Below, one piece after another: positions 43,646-57,200 of a stretch of DNA of 64,000 nt. Source of the stretch: Camelus ferus (lineage: Eukaryota); NCBI RefSeq assembly GCF_009834535.1, contig NC_045703.1:73408001-73472000 (forward strand), read 5' to 3'. The position numbers were made by a program, and so were the translations under genes. Position 1 is the stretch's first letter. Each line of letters begins with the position of its first letter. The notes beneath the pieces are model-generated. The model searched no databases. It saw only the letters and a list, made by a program, of their open reading frames with translations, and had not been told where the DNA came from.

Positions 43646-46600
43646 GGCACAGATGAGGAGAGAGCTCAGAGTGCGATGGGGGAGTCACTGTCAGCTGTCC
43701 CAGGGCCTTTGAGTCCCCTGCACGGTGCCACGAGGGGCCGCATCTCCCCCAGGATGCACAGCAGCCGAGGTGACCAGCCTGTCGCCCGCCGCTGCCCGCG
43801 GCTCACCAGTGCGGCGGTGACAGCAACTCCGAGGGTCTGAGTCCCGGGCCTGCCATTCCCTCTTCCTGCTGCCGTGTTGTCAACACGGGGCAGGCTCTTC
43901 TCGGAGAAGCCGACTGGGGCCTGTGTGCTGCCAGTCGAGGCTTTTGGAGACAATTTTCTTCGTCAGAACGACACAGAATCGTCTGGAACAGTGTGTTCCC
44001 CGCCCCCTGCAGCTGGACTTGGTCTCCAGAATCGCCCAGGCAGCCGTCCCTCTGGAGCCCTCGGAGGTGGCAGGCGCCTCTGTGACAGCGTAACTGGTGG
44101 CCCAGCTCAGGCAGGCAGTGGAAACGCAGGGCCGCAGCCCGGCCGCCCAGGCGCCCTCCTGTCCCTGTGTATGGAACACCAGCCCAGCGAGCCGATCGAG
44201 TCCTGGGGAGTCGCCCTGTGGAAGTTGCTACTCCCGTGGCTGGCGGGTCTGCACACGCCAGGCTCCTCCAGAAGGTGAGTCTTGAACCACCACGTTTCCC
44301 CTGCGGACAGTACCACCTTCGCCCTGTGTCAGGACCTGGGTCGGAGGCCTGAAGGCGCCCGGCCAGGGCTTGGGCACCAGGCTGGCTCTCCCTTCGCACT
44401 GTGCTGACTCGGGGCAGGGAAGGGACAAAGTCATGCCAGGTTGCTCCCTGGCACCTTAGGGGGGTTGAGGCACCACCTGGAATCCCGGGGGAAAGGGACT
44501 GGCCCGCTTTGCCTGTTGGGGGACCTGTGTGGACACGGGGAGGACCTCCAAGAAGCTGGCGCCCACCCCAGGTGACCGGCCTGCAGCAGAGGATGCTGGC
44601 CGCAGCAGGACCCCTGCCTGCACAGTCGGGCCCCAGAAAGGGGTCCCAGCCCCCATTGGACATGACCAGACCCATCGGAGTGGGTCCCTGGTGCACACAC
44701 AGCCCAGGACATTCCTGTTGCCTGATTAAAGGAATTTTCTTTTGTGAATTAAACCGCACTGCATAAACCCCAAATTGTCCCGGTACCAGCCACACATGCA
44801 GTTGCTCCCAGAATGCTGGGGGCCACGAGGCCGGGCACAGACCACCCGGGATTTTAGAGCTTCTGTGCCCCCGTGGGGGGCGCCAGTTCCTGTGTGGGGG
44901 GCGGCCGCCCTTCAGAGAATCACGGATGGTTACAAGGACGGCTCCTTCCCTGCTGTTTCCCACAATTGCCTTTTCTCGATCCAACATGATTTAAATGGAA
45001 AAAGCGATCACATCCATTTTGGTCAGCCCTTTTCCCCCTCTCTGTTAATATTTCTTCTTTTGTTTACAGTCAGTAAAGGCTGCTTGTGGGCTGTGACCGG
45101 GGAGTCGAGGTCCAGCGCACCTGGGGTCCCGGGAGAGGCTGGGTGGGCGGAGGTGGGGGGAGGCCCTGCAGGAAGGAACCGTGGCTCCAAAATGAAAAGC
45201 AGTTGGAACCAAATGGATGCTTCGTGGGAAAGGTAGATGTCCGCCTCTTCTTTTAAAATGATGCTGCAAGTATCTGTCACCTAAACAGAACTGTCCCATC
45301 AGATAGCCTTTCCAATGTTTAAAAAATGGACATCAGAGAGAGACTTGGCTGCCTGGTCTCACTGTGAGTGGACAGCCCCTTCCTGGCTCATGGGAGACCC
45401 TGGCCCTCAGTGGGCCAGTGATCTTGTGAAGGTCATGAGCCCTGGTCCTGACGATGCCCACCACCCGGCTCTCAGAGGAAGGAGGCCTCGGGGCGGGCAG
45501 GCTCTCACTCGCAGAGCCACGTCAGCAGGACGACCTCCCCCAGGATGGGACACATCAGAGAGAGACCACAGGGCACACCGTGGAAGTGCACGTTCCCGTC
45601 GAACACAGAGCAGTTGTGCTGGGTGCTGGGCGCTGGGAGTGGGGCCAGGAGCCCGCACGTCCAAATGTGCTCAGAGGCCCCAGAGGCTGATACTGGGGCT
45701 GGGTCTGAAGGATGGGGTGGCAATGAATAGAAGAGGTTGGGGGGTCCACAGACGTGGGGAGGGTCTGTGGAGGTGGGGGGGTCCGCAGAATTGGGGGGCG
45801 GTCCATGGCTTCCGTGGGTGAGGGGCGGTGAGGCCGTGGGGGCCGCCCTGGGAGGGTGCAGGGTAGGCTTCACCTCCAGAGCCGGGAAGGACTGTGGACG
45901 GATTTCCTCGGGTGGGAGGGTGCTGGGGGCCCAGAGGCCCTGGCTCCACATGGTGACCACGTCCCCCTCCCGTCCAGGTGGGAGAGGAGGTGAGGGCGGG
46001 CTGGAGCAGAACCTCGGAAAGGAGGTGGACAGGATTCGGTGAGAGAGGTTTGCTGAGCCAAACAAACGCCAGGGCTGCCATCGCAGTGGTGTTTATCAGT
46101 TTACAGCGCGGAGCTAGTTCTAGTCCTAGTTCCTGTGGTTTTCTTTGCCTTTTCTCAGTGTCTGTCTGTCTGTCTCTGTGTCTCCGTGTCTGTCTCTCTC
46201 CAACTAAAGGGGGCATTTACTTCTTCCAGGAGTGTGTACAAAACCGTCAGTGACTTGCTGCTGGGGGAGGGGTGGGGAGAGGTGGCCGTTCCTCCATCCT
46301 GTGTTTTCAGAAAGGATAAAGTGTCTTGACTCTTCAGCAGGGGCTGACCCCTCCCTCCCAGCACCAGCTACCGACACTTAGGGCTGTCTACTGCTGAAAA
46401 CTGTAACTACGAACGACACTTAGCGTTTATGGTCCCCTACGGTCACTGCACAGTTTGGCCCGCACCGTGTCTGCACCGTAAGGCGCAGGGCTCCAACGCA
46501 GGAGCCTGGTCCAGCCATGGCTCTGGGAGGCACTTGGGGCAGGACCCTGGGAGGCCAGTTAGAAACACAGAGTTCTTCCCCTCCTGCCTCAGAACCTCTA

Positions 46601-49600
46601 GGCATTTTATCAAACTCCAGACACCTTCAGGCACCTTATCTCTTGAGAATCTCTGCCTGGAGAAGCGGGCGCTCCTTTGGAGCTCTGCCCTGGACCAGCC
46701 CTTCACAACTGCATCCTGTGAGGCTGGGTCCTGGCTCTGTCGGCCGGGACAAAGGGGGGAATTATCAGAGAGATGTGCTGAAAAAACAGGGGAAAGGGGG
46801 GACTTAAAACACTCACACAGAAGCGCTGGAAACTCAGTGGGAGGTGAGCCACTTCCCAGGGCGTCTGTATGAGGGCAGCTGGTCACCCCGCTCGGCAATC
46901 TTAGATAAACTTGAGATGAAATACAGTAGAATATTTTTGTTGCTGGTGACTAGGTTCCTTCCCCACTGCAGAAAGAATTCAGAGACGAGACGCGGAGGTT
47001 AAGAAAGAAAAGAAATTAAAATAAATGTTAAACATTTGTTTAGACTTCAGTCTTAACACCGAAGGGAAACAACGTCCTGATAACCCGGCTCCCGTGTGCG
47101 CGAGAGTCCGCCCTTCGCGACGAAGCCGTGCGCCGGTCAGCCGGCTGGGCCGGGGCGGTGGGGGAGAACGGGTTGAAATCGCCAGTCCCTTCAGAAAGGC
47201 TCTCCGCTTGTGAAGGAGAAGAACCCCAACCTCTGCTCGTGCGATAAACACCCCCAGTTACTTGTGTAAGGACACGCTGCAGCCAACGACCACATCACAG
47301 GCAGCGATGCCGTGGGAAGGACGTCCTTCTGTTCAGTCAAGGGAGGAAGCAATCCGCGTCCTTCCCTGTGCACATTTAGAACAAAGCCCTCCAATACGCG
47401 TGCAGCAAGTCGCCAGTAACGCCAGGATTTGAAAATCATTCAGGATGAACACAAAGACTTTGGGTCCAGGGCCTGAAAGTTCTGCCCCGTGGGTAAGAGG
47501 AGAGGAAAGCAGGTCACTGTCCTCTGTCTCCGGGCGTCACACGGTGTTTGCACCCCGGACCCGCTTCCTGCGACGCAACACACAAGCTGGGCGGTTCAGA
47601 GCGACAGGAAGGTCTGAGCTCAGAGTGCCGCGTTCGCTGCGCGGGCTCCGGGGAGGGCCCCTTCCTGCGTCGCTCGGCGCCTCCTCGCCCCCACGCAGCC
47701 GTCTGCCTCCGCGGGTGTGTGTGTGCTGACCTCCCCTTCCCACGAGAACACCCGTGTGGCTGAGGACAGCCCCCTACAGCCCTCGTCGTCACCGGGCCGC
47801 ACCCTCAGAGCCCGATGCCCAGGTCAGGCCCCGTCCCAGGCCCCAGGGTTAGGACGGATACACGTCTTCTGGGAACGCGGAGCCTGCAACGTGCCAGGAG
47901 CTCTTGACGCATCCATTCGTTTATTCCCCGCAGCTTCTATGACCCACCCAGGGGGCCAGACTGGTGAGAAGAGGAAGTGCCTCCCGGAGCCCTGGGGACC
48001 GAGGCCCGGGGTGTGGCCCTGCCCGGGGCGCTCCCGCAGGACGAGCCGCCGCGGGAGAAGGGCTCGCGGCCTCGGCGGAAGGGCTCCTTCCCGTCCGTCA
48101 GCAACCGCAGGCCTGCCGAGCCCTTCAGCCCCCAGAACGGGGGTTTGGCTCCAACAACCAGCTTCACAGGATGTGAGGGCCCAGGGCCTTCAGTCTCCTT
48201 CTAGGGCCTCCGTGTCCTCTCTCCAGCTGCCCGTCAGCCAAACCCCGAGCAAAGCGCAGCTCCCGCCCCCCTGCTTTGCATGCAGTCAGTGCATCCTCCT
48301 CCCAAAACTCGTGCGTCTTCCGTGTGCTTTCAAGGTTTGAGGAGGGCAGGGGTAGTTGTGTCAGGAACTCCGCAAGTCCCTGATCCCCTCCTCCACCTCC
48401 TTCTCTCCCTCTCGCCCCAACCCCAGGAGCCATGCAGTCTCTCCTTCTTCCCAAGCAGAAGTGTCCGCACACACTCAGAACCCCTGACAGTCCTGCCTTC
48501 TCTACCAAGGCACGTTCCGGGCACACCTCCACCTAACACGGCTCCCATCGGGGAGGAAAGCTCAGATTCCACCGCCCTCTGTGGGAACGTGGAAGACGCT
48601 GCACCGCACCTCACACAGCAGCGGAAAGACCCCGCAGGTAGGAGACTCAGCGATGACACGAGAGACCTAGCCAGGCAGCTGATCTAAACGGGCAGACGCC
48701 CGCTGGGGGGGACAGAGAAATCACAGTGGGTGGGAGGGGGACTGGGACCTTGAACATAATTTGGGGGGCGGGGGGGGGGATAAGTCGTCCAGTGGGTGAA
48801 AACCTAGTGAAGACCTGTTTGAACATCTATGATCCCAGGGCATTCCTGACAGGCTGCTTGCTCATTATTCCAATCAAATCATATTTGTCTTAACCACAAA
48901 TATTTTCCAGTCCAGCCTACATTTCACTGAAGACCAGAAGCAAAACTGACGTGGCTGAAGATGAGTGCATCTTGGGAAAAAAATTTTAAAATACATTCAT
49001 TTTTCCAGTTTTACACCAGAAAGTCATAGGGTACATTCTTTGAAAACTCAAAGTCCTCGGAATAGGAGGGAGATTCAGTGGCTGTCAGATTACCAAGATC
49101 GAAGGTCCGCCTCGGTGATCGCAGAGCCAGCCTTGGAGCGAGCAGGTCTCCAGCACACCGTGCCCCTCCCGGCCTCTCAGAAGCCTCAGACCCCAGGTCT
49201 GGGGACACGTCCCCAGCCATGCAGTTCTCACACGTAACAGGCTGGCCATTAGCAACTGCAGACTCTGTTCTGAAGCCAAACTACATTTGGATAAAACATT
49301 CCAAATTTTCTTTGACCTTAGAATCCCCAAATTTTCTCAGTGCCTTTATTAGTTTTTGTAGTGGTTTAAAACGCAGCAACACAACTCATGCAAAGTCCAC
49401 GTGGAGCCTGTGCGTCATGGCGCCCGGACCGACCTCGCCGGGGTGGGGGCCCAGCTGCAGCGGGCAGGCCGGGCCAGTGGCTCTCCCGCTGCGGCCGACT
49501 TTGTGAAATGGGGTCTTGTCACTGTGAAGACTCTGCGGGTTTTCATACTTTACGGAAAGACAGGGAAAGTCAGACGACAAATCCAGTAACACGCTGAATC

Positions 49601-51305
49601 CAGGACTTGTCAAAATCGCCTTTAGAAACAAGTCTAGGTCATCACGAGGAGTTTTCAGTGCGTCAGGAATCCTGTCAGAAATGGATACGTGGATTTAAGG
49701 TTGTGATGAGCGGATCAGGAAGTTTGGTGGTTACCTGGAGCGCGTCTAAGAGGAGGAGACCGTTCTACCAGGAAAGTGATAGTTACGTTTTAGAGGGAGC
49801 TGGGAACATTTTTCTGGGAAACGTGGTCATGGCCCCAGCTCGGGGCAGCGTTCTGAGCTCTTCCTCTGGACAGCCTGCAGATTACCCTGGGGGTAAGAAT
49901 GGGGCTGCCTTTCACCGTCCAGCTCGCAGAACAGAAGTGTGGATCCAAGTTGCTCCTCTACTCGCAGGCACAGCAGAAACCACCGCTGTAACCTTTGCGC
50001 TTTGGCAACTGAAAAGACATACGGTCAGTTGAGATAGGTTATGTCGTCAGAGTGCAGAGATGACAAGCAATGTTTCCTTTAAGTTGAGATTTCATGGACT
50101 CAGAACTTTGTAAGAAATTTGAAGACCAACATATGGTTGCCAACTTCACATTTTATATATTTGCCAAGTAAACTTTATAAAGAAATTTACTCCAATTTAC
50201 AATCATCATTGTTTCATTTTGCAGGGGGGTGGGAGCCAAAAGGAGAAAGAATAGAGTCCAAGCGCTAATGGCAATTTTTTACATTGAATAAATCTAGCAT
50301 TTCTTTGCTTCGTTTCGTCACAGATCAGTGGAGCTGCCGTGCACTTGTTCACGTCAGTGAATTTGCATTTGGGATGTTGATGGTGATCCTGGTCTCGCTA
50401 CTTAGTAACCAGCGTGAACAAGGATGTGTCACCACATCACCTGAATGCCTCTGAGCTTGCCTTTGGCCCACAGATTTGGTCTGGAAATTACCTGAAGAAA
50501 TGCACGCCAGTGTGGGCACACGTGGCAGGTCTTCAGAAACGTAGCTCTCCTTCTTCACTCTTGCTTCTCAGAGTGACCGTGTGTCAGCGCCCGCGGCCCC
50601 CGTAACGAACACCGAGGGCTGTCCAGCAGCACGATCCCATGTCTGTCGTCCCCAGACCAGCCGTGAGACAGGACGGCAGGTTCTCCTCCCGCGTTAGGAA
50701 ATGGGGTTGGAATTTTACAGTTTTGCGCTTTGATCTGGTTAATGGTCTGTAACCATTTTACATTTTGAAAAAAGGAAAACCCTCATGGCTGTTGCTCTGT
50801 TACAGCAAATGTTTGCAAGCTTTGTTAGAAGGAGCTTCCCACTTCTATATAATCCGGAAAGAAACGCAATTTTCTCACCTTCCCATAGGCATGAAGCCTC
50901 TTAGACTTTTATCTGGCTTTTCATTCAACCTGGACTCAAATGATCTGGTTCTTCCCTCAGAGTCTGAGCAACTGCTTTGTAAAACACAGGCTCCCTGTCT
51001 ACTCTCACAGAAACTCCTTACTTAGGGTAGGAGAGCTGCTTTGAGTTTGAATTTTAATTAAATGGAACACTTACCCAATTAATTAAGACTTGTCTCAATC
51101 TTAAGAAGACTCACAGAATGATCATCAGTCTAATAATAAACAAATTATTTAATCGTAAATGTCAATAGTCCATTGAAAAGGAAGGGTGGTGTCAGAGTTA
51201 AATACATCATTTCACCTGGACAGTACAGTGTCGCTATGTTTTCTATTTAATTATGCAAACGCTTTTAATCTTCTGAGAATAGGAACGTTTAAAAATCACC
51301 AGCAA

Positions 51306-51333
51306 AAATAAATAAATAAATAAATAAATAAAT
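51306..51333 (+). repeat. (AAAT)7 microsatellite
   Basis: aaataaataaataaataaataaataaat. Confidence 0.95.
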
Positions 51334-52548
51334 GCAAACAAAGCAGTGTTTTTTCCCAGAAACTAAGTTTACGGGGGCAGGTATCTTGTTTCGCTGTGCA
51401 AAGAGCACGGGTGACGTAGTGAATACACCAGCTCCAGTTTTTAACAAGGCAGACCTTCTGTGACAACAGAAGGCGGGCGTCGTGTAAAATCAAAGGCAGC
51501 AGAGGCCCGTCTGCTTGGCGTCCCGCGGTCACAGGGGAGGTAAAGGCTTTTTTTTTTCATGTTTTTACCGTCTGTGGCTCGTAGGCTCCCAGCTCCGCCC
51601 ACCAAGGGGCCAGGAGCATGGCTCCCTGGGTCCACCCACCACACACAGAGGAGCAAACACAGGACACGAGAGTCCCCACCCTGCACACGGCCGCGGGGAG
51701 GACACGGCCCCGGGGAGGACACAGCCGCAGGGAGGAGGTTGCTGGTTCTCTTGTCGAGCAAAATTATCATTTCAGAAAGGACTTTAAGAGCGGCCTCATG
51801 TGATCTGCAGTGGGTTAGTGAGCTTTGCCGTCCCCTGCTTCTCCTTGTATTTGGAGGGCTGCGGTTGCAAGCCCTCAAGCACAGCTCCGATGGGTCCCTG
51901 TGGTCAAGCTGGGAGCTGCGTGAGGACGCCGTCTTTTGTGAGGCGAGACACACTCTCTGATCTTGCTACTTTGTGTGTGTTCTCCAGCTGGCTTCCTTTC
52001 AAATGCAAGTGGAAGGAAGACAGGAAACAACCCTTCCTGGTGCAGGAGAGAAGCTCCTGACACAAGCCGAGGACCCCACTGCGGCTCCGGTGACAAGTCC
52101 TGTCCTTTGGCCTGAGGCACCGGGACTCTTAGAACAGGAGGGAGCTCTGCTGCCCTGGCCCTGTCTTCCTGGCCCTGCAGGGGGCGGGCTCCTCCACAGC
52201 GTCGTCCCCTGGGTGTCGTCGGCTCCTCTACCCACCTGTGGCCACGTGCTTCGCGCACGGACACCGCGCGCTGTGGTGCCCCCACCACAGAGCCACAGGC
52301 CCCGGCCTCCACTGAGAGCCAGCAAATCCAGCCGCCGGGCCCCCAGCTCGGGGAGCATCACAGGCACGGAATCCGTCTCGTAGGTCCAGACAGTTTATCC
52401 CCTGCGTTTGCACGTGAGAAGAGGAAACTCAAATTTTACCCAGTTTTACTTCCTCCTTCAGGGTGACGTCACTCTGTGCCTGCCTTCCTGTGCCGGGAAG
52501 ACGAGAGAGCGTGTCTCCTTCCACCCCAAAGCTGAATCCCTCGGCCTG

Positions 52549-52670
52549 GCCTCCTCCCCCTCCCTCCCTCCCTCCCTCCCTTCCTTCATCCCTTCCATCT
52601 TTCCTTCTGTCTTTATCCTCCTCCTCCCCCCTCCCTCTTCCCCTCTCCCTCTCTCGCCCTCTCTCTCCCC
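52549..52670. repeat. polypyrimidine/polypurine low-complexity tract
   Basis: About 120 bp of almost only C/T on the + strand, including (CCCT)n runs. Confidence 0.9.
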
Positions 52671-53589
52671 TTATAGCCAACTATAGTTCATAATCAACAC
52701 AGAGCCTTTATAGGAGAGGTTTGAAATATGAGAACAATTTACCTTGGAGCTTTCCAAGGAGGAAGCCCTGCAGCTCACCACGCTTACTAATCACCACAGA
52801 AACACCATTAAAACCAAGAAGCACCTGCCCGGGGCTCTGCGAGTCAGCCACGGCTGCTACATCAGGACGGAAGGCACAGCCAGGCTGCTGAGCCTCCGCT
52901 CGTATTCCGCAGCTTTGACCTGAAGGCCGCCCCAGGCGGGAACCGCGCGGCAGACGCACACAGTGTGTCTCTGAGACGAACGCCATCTGTCCATCCGAGG
53001 ACCAGGAAGAGCATCTCCTGCGAGGCTAAGAGTGTGGGAGAAAAATCTCTTTTTTTCTCTCCTGAGCCTGTTCCTTCGGTGGTCCAGGTCCCGGGGCTCT
53101 GTGCCGTAAGTGACTGTGTGAGAACCCGAGAACCTAAGAGAAGACTTTTCTTTCTGGCCAAAGGAATTAAACTTGATAAAAAGGACCTGGTAGCTTGAGA
53201 GCATGAAAAAGCCTCATTATTCTTCCTTCTCTTGTCTTTGCTGCACCAAGTGGCCCCCTTGGACACCTCCAACCCGAGAGAAAACCCACCGGAGCCGTGG
53301 GAGCCGGGGGGGATCTTGGAAGAGGCAGCTTGGGAAGGGACCCTCCAGTGCACGAACTGACACAAATCCTAAAGACCCAAAGCATCTTAACAAAGCACCA
53401 AACCATGACACAAACCACAGTTCACGTCCCAGGCAAACTCCAGAGGCCAGTGCGTGGCATAGTCCCCAGGAGCTCAGCCGAGTGACGACAGTGAGGTGGG
53501 GATGCTGCCCGTAAAGGTGAGGTAGCTTCAGCAGGACTGGGCGGATTGCCTGCTAACAACAACAGCAGCATGTAATACGTCCCAGAGAA

Positions 53590-54290
53590 TCGTAGCGGGA
53601 GCCAGAATTTCATAATGTAACATTAAAAACTCTCCAGCAGACAATCAAAATTATTTGACCTACAATAAACCAGAAAATTATGACCAAGACTCAAAGGAAA
53701 AGACAGCCACCAGATCCCAACCTCAACATGGCCCAGATGGAACAGTCAGACTCAGATGTCAGGGCAGCGGCCGTGACCGCTCTCCCTGAGATCAAGGTAG
53801 ACAGTCTTGAAATGAATAAAAGTGAAGTTCTCGTGGAGGATGAGAAACTATGCAAGAAGAACCAAATGGAAATTTTAGAACTGGGAAATATAATAGATAA
53901 AATTGAGAAATCACTGAATGAACTTGCTAGTGGAATGTAGGTAACAGAGTGAAAAGTCACTGAACTTAAATACCAATTAATAGAAAGTATTCAATCTGAA
54001 TCACAGAAGGAAAGAACAATTGAAAAAAGTGAACCCAGCTTTAGGAAGCTGTGGAACGATATCCAGTCTCACTGTCATAACTTGAGGTCATTATTTGAAG
54101 GAATAATGACTAAAAACATCCCTAATATGGTTCAAGACAAAAATGTATAGTTTCAAAAATTTAGTGAGCCGAAACCAGAATAAACTCAAAGAAAACCATG
54201 CCTAGAGGTATCCAGCTTGGAATGCTGAAAACTAAACATACAGAAAAATATTTGCAAAAGTGAGAAAAATAAAGGTTTTCACTAGGCACA
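53590..54290 (+). mobile_element. ancient L1 (L1M-type) ORF1-region remnant
   Basis: The translation KKNQMEILELGNIIDKIEKSLNELASG resembles the L1 ORF1p coiled coil (NQMEILELKNTITEIKNSLDGLNSR). Downstream 'tgaaggaataatgactaaaaacatccctaatatgg' and 'taaactcaaagaaaaccatgcctagagg' are ORF1-like, and the frame is broken. Confidence 0.8.
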
Positions 54291-57200
54291 TATGAACAAA
54301 AGTGTTCTCATTTTAAAAAATCATCTGTTACTGTTTAATTTTGCATAAGACATTTAAATCAACAAATAAAGTGGAGGAAAGGGCACTTTGGCTCTGGAAA
54401 AGGATGTGCAAAACATGAAGTGAAATAAAGATTAGTGGGTGAATTATCTAAATATTTGGAACCTCAAACAAATATTTGGTTTGATTTTGAGGCAAATAAA
54501 TGACTCGGTTGTTTCTTTTTTTATCCCCTCTGGCTCACGATCCGTGGTGATGACCAGCGAATGAAAACATTGTAAGGTGAGTGATTAAATGCAGTCGGGG
54601 GCTGGCTGAAGAAATTGCCTGCTACACTCTGGAAAGCCAGGGGAGCTTGGAAGCTTGTTTGTTTAAAAATGATCGTTAACACCGACAGCTTCATTCTCTA
54701 ACTTATCTGATAAGAATGGCGTTTCTCAGCTGAAAGCTGTTTACACCCTGGGATGGAATTAAGGCTTCACATGTAACTAGTCTGGAAAGTTTGTTTGCAA
54801 TACATAGGGTTTGAGTGGACCCGAGTCCAGTCTCCTGCTACTGGACAAGCTGTCCCAGGGAGCTCTGATTCTTCATGCCTCACAAGCAGCGACGGCGGGA
54901 CTCAAGGTGACTTGGAAGTCTGGTCCGGCGTATGTCTGAGCTCAGAGCAAAAGCCCCAAGGGTGCAGACAGAGCTGTCAACTGCCCGAAGGGAGCCTCCC
55001 CCGCTTGACTGAAGGCGTTTTACTAGCACATGTTCTTGATGTCTTTTTGAAATGCTAGCTTCCAAATTTCGAAAAGTTATCACAAAAGAGGAGAGCATTA
55101 TAAAGACAAAATGTGCATAAAGGTGAGCACCTTTACCTGTCGACACGCGGGTGCGATAGAGTCTGATTTATCTTCGCGTGTAGCTGCGTCCGTCTGAAAC
55201 CTCAAGCTGCAGGTCTCTGCTCCACAGGTCCCCTCAGGCCCTGGGGTCAGGTTTCCTAAGGGGGTCTTGACTTCGCTCTGCCATGGAGGAGAGAGGCTGG
55301 CACGGCCTTCACTCTGTCTTTTGTATCGTGCTGCTGGAAATGAACACAAAAAGCCCTATTTTGAAACGTTCACACATCGATTATTCTGCTTTTGGAAACT
55401 GTGACGCTTGCGCCGGCCGGCTGTTGACGAAAGCTCGCTTTACTTACTTTTCCTGTTTCCCACAGTCCGGAGCCAACACGTGGGTAGTAGCCACCTCGCT
55501 CTGCCCCTCCGGAGAAGGAGGGGTCTGTGACGCAGGGAATAAATGACGCTCTACCCAAAGGGAGCTTTCTGAGTCTGTGTAAATGCATTTCCAGCATTTT
55601 AGTCGTGTTTGTCATTTCTCCCAAGTTGGGAGATTCTGAGAAGTCATCAGTGCTGGAGAGAGAAATTGTGAAGTCACAAGCTAGCTGTTCTAGCAGACGT
55701 CGACTGCGATTTTGGTAGCAGTTTATTATGAAAGAAATCAGAGGAACTCTATCTTTGCAGATGTGGATACACAGAATCTCTGTGTTTTCACTTCTGACAC
55801 TCAGTACTGACCTGTCACATTTTTAAAGTGGCCGAACTAGACTCTCAGTAGAGGGAACTCGGGGTAAAATCATGGAGAATGGGTAACATACAAAATAACA
55901 CTGTTATTTATGAACGTGAAACCCATATTAAGGTGTTAATAATAATTTAACTTTTTAAATCTCTTCAAACCACGATTACCTGGTATCTTGAATCTCATTG
56001 GAAATACCGTTTCCAGTCTAAACCGGGGAGTAACCCGAGGGAGGGACGAGCAGCTTCCCCAGCCGCTGGGAGCACTCCCAGGCATGGGCGGCGGCTGCGG
56101 GGGCCCGTCCGGCCCGGGGGAATCGACGAACGCGGAGTACTTTACAGATCCGCTTCCAGGAGACGGGTGATGGGACCGCATCTGTCCCGGGGGGGCAGCA
56201 CCAGCCGGTCGCAGCCCGACTTCCAACTGCAGGTCGTCCCGGGGGCGTGCCTCGCCTCCAGCCTCATTCTCTGGCTGCGTCCCTGCCCTGCACCGAGTCT
56301 CAGGGAGCATCCGCTGAAGGTGGACGTGGTATAAGTCACCTTCAAGAAGAAGGGTCACATTCTTATTTCTGGGTTCCAACACAGGCGCCTGAAAACTGCA
56401 GTAGGGCCTTGGAAACCCCAGCTTTCCATCTGCAAGAGCTTTGCGTTTTGGGGACCCCAACAGTTAATCCAGGAATAAGTCTCAGCACAGAGTGTAGGTC
56501 ACAAAGGTCGCAAAGCCAGGCTCTCCGGGCCCCCGACTGGACGGAAGTCTTCCCGGACAGAGGAGGAGGAATCTGGGGCAGGAGAAGGCTCAGCCCGGCG
56601 TGAGTCCCTGGGCACCGGCCCTGCCCACTCTGCCTCGTCCCACCCCCTCCCTGTGGGCAGCTGAGGCCCGGCTCTGACGGTGGGTGATAGAAACTGTCTA
56701 GTTAGGGACAGGGAAGCCAAAAGTTGAAAAAATCTATCCTCCTCTCCCCCTGCTTCCAGCAAGAAGCAGCCTTGGACGGGCCACCTCTGTCCCCCTTGGT
56801 GTGGCGGCCGCAGCATGGAAGTGACAGCCAAGGGGGTCTAAGCAGAGGAGCGGAGACGGTCCTGCTGCAGTGACCCGGAGTCCCCGGCCGCCTCAGGCCC
56901 TTGGAGGGGCGGCTGCAGACAGCTGAGAACGGTCCCTCGTGAGGTGGGTGGCCCAGCGCCCATGACTCTGGGGACCTGTGACCGTTCGTAGCCTTGGGAG
57001 AAATGGAGGCACTGACCGCAGACCAGACACGGGAGGCCCTCTCAGGAGCGTCCGGCCCCTGGGTGCTCAGGACTGAAGCCAACCAGATGCGCCCTCCACC
57101 CGAGGTCCCGTGAAGACGTGCGAGCCCCCCCGACCACGGCCCGGGAACGAGGCGGGGGCCCAGCTCTGAGCCAGCTGGGCTCGTGTGGACACAAATCAGG

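Noticed and set aside
49607-50032. 141-aa + strand ORF
   Set aside because: It has a TTG start, no recognisable homology and no convincing splice boundaries.
53680-53940. 86-aa coiled-coil-like ORF as a host gene
   Set aside because: It is a fragment of an ancient L1 ORF1, with stops immediately downstream.
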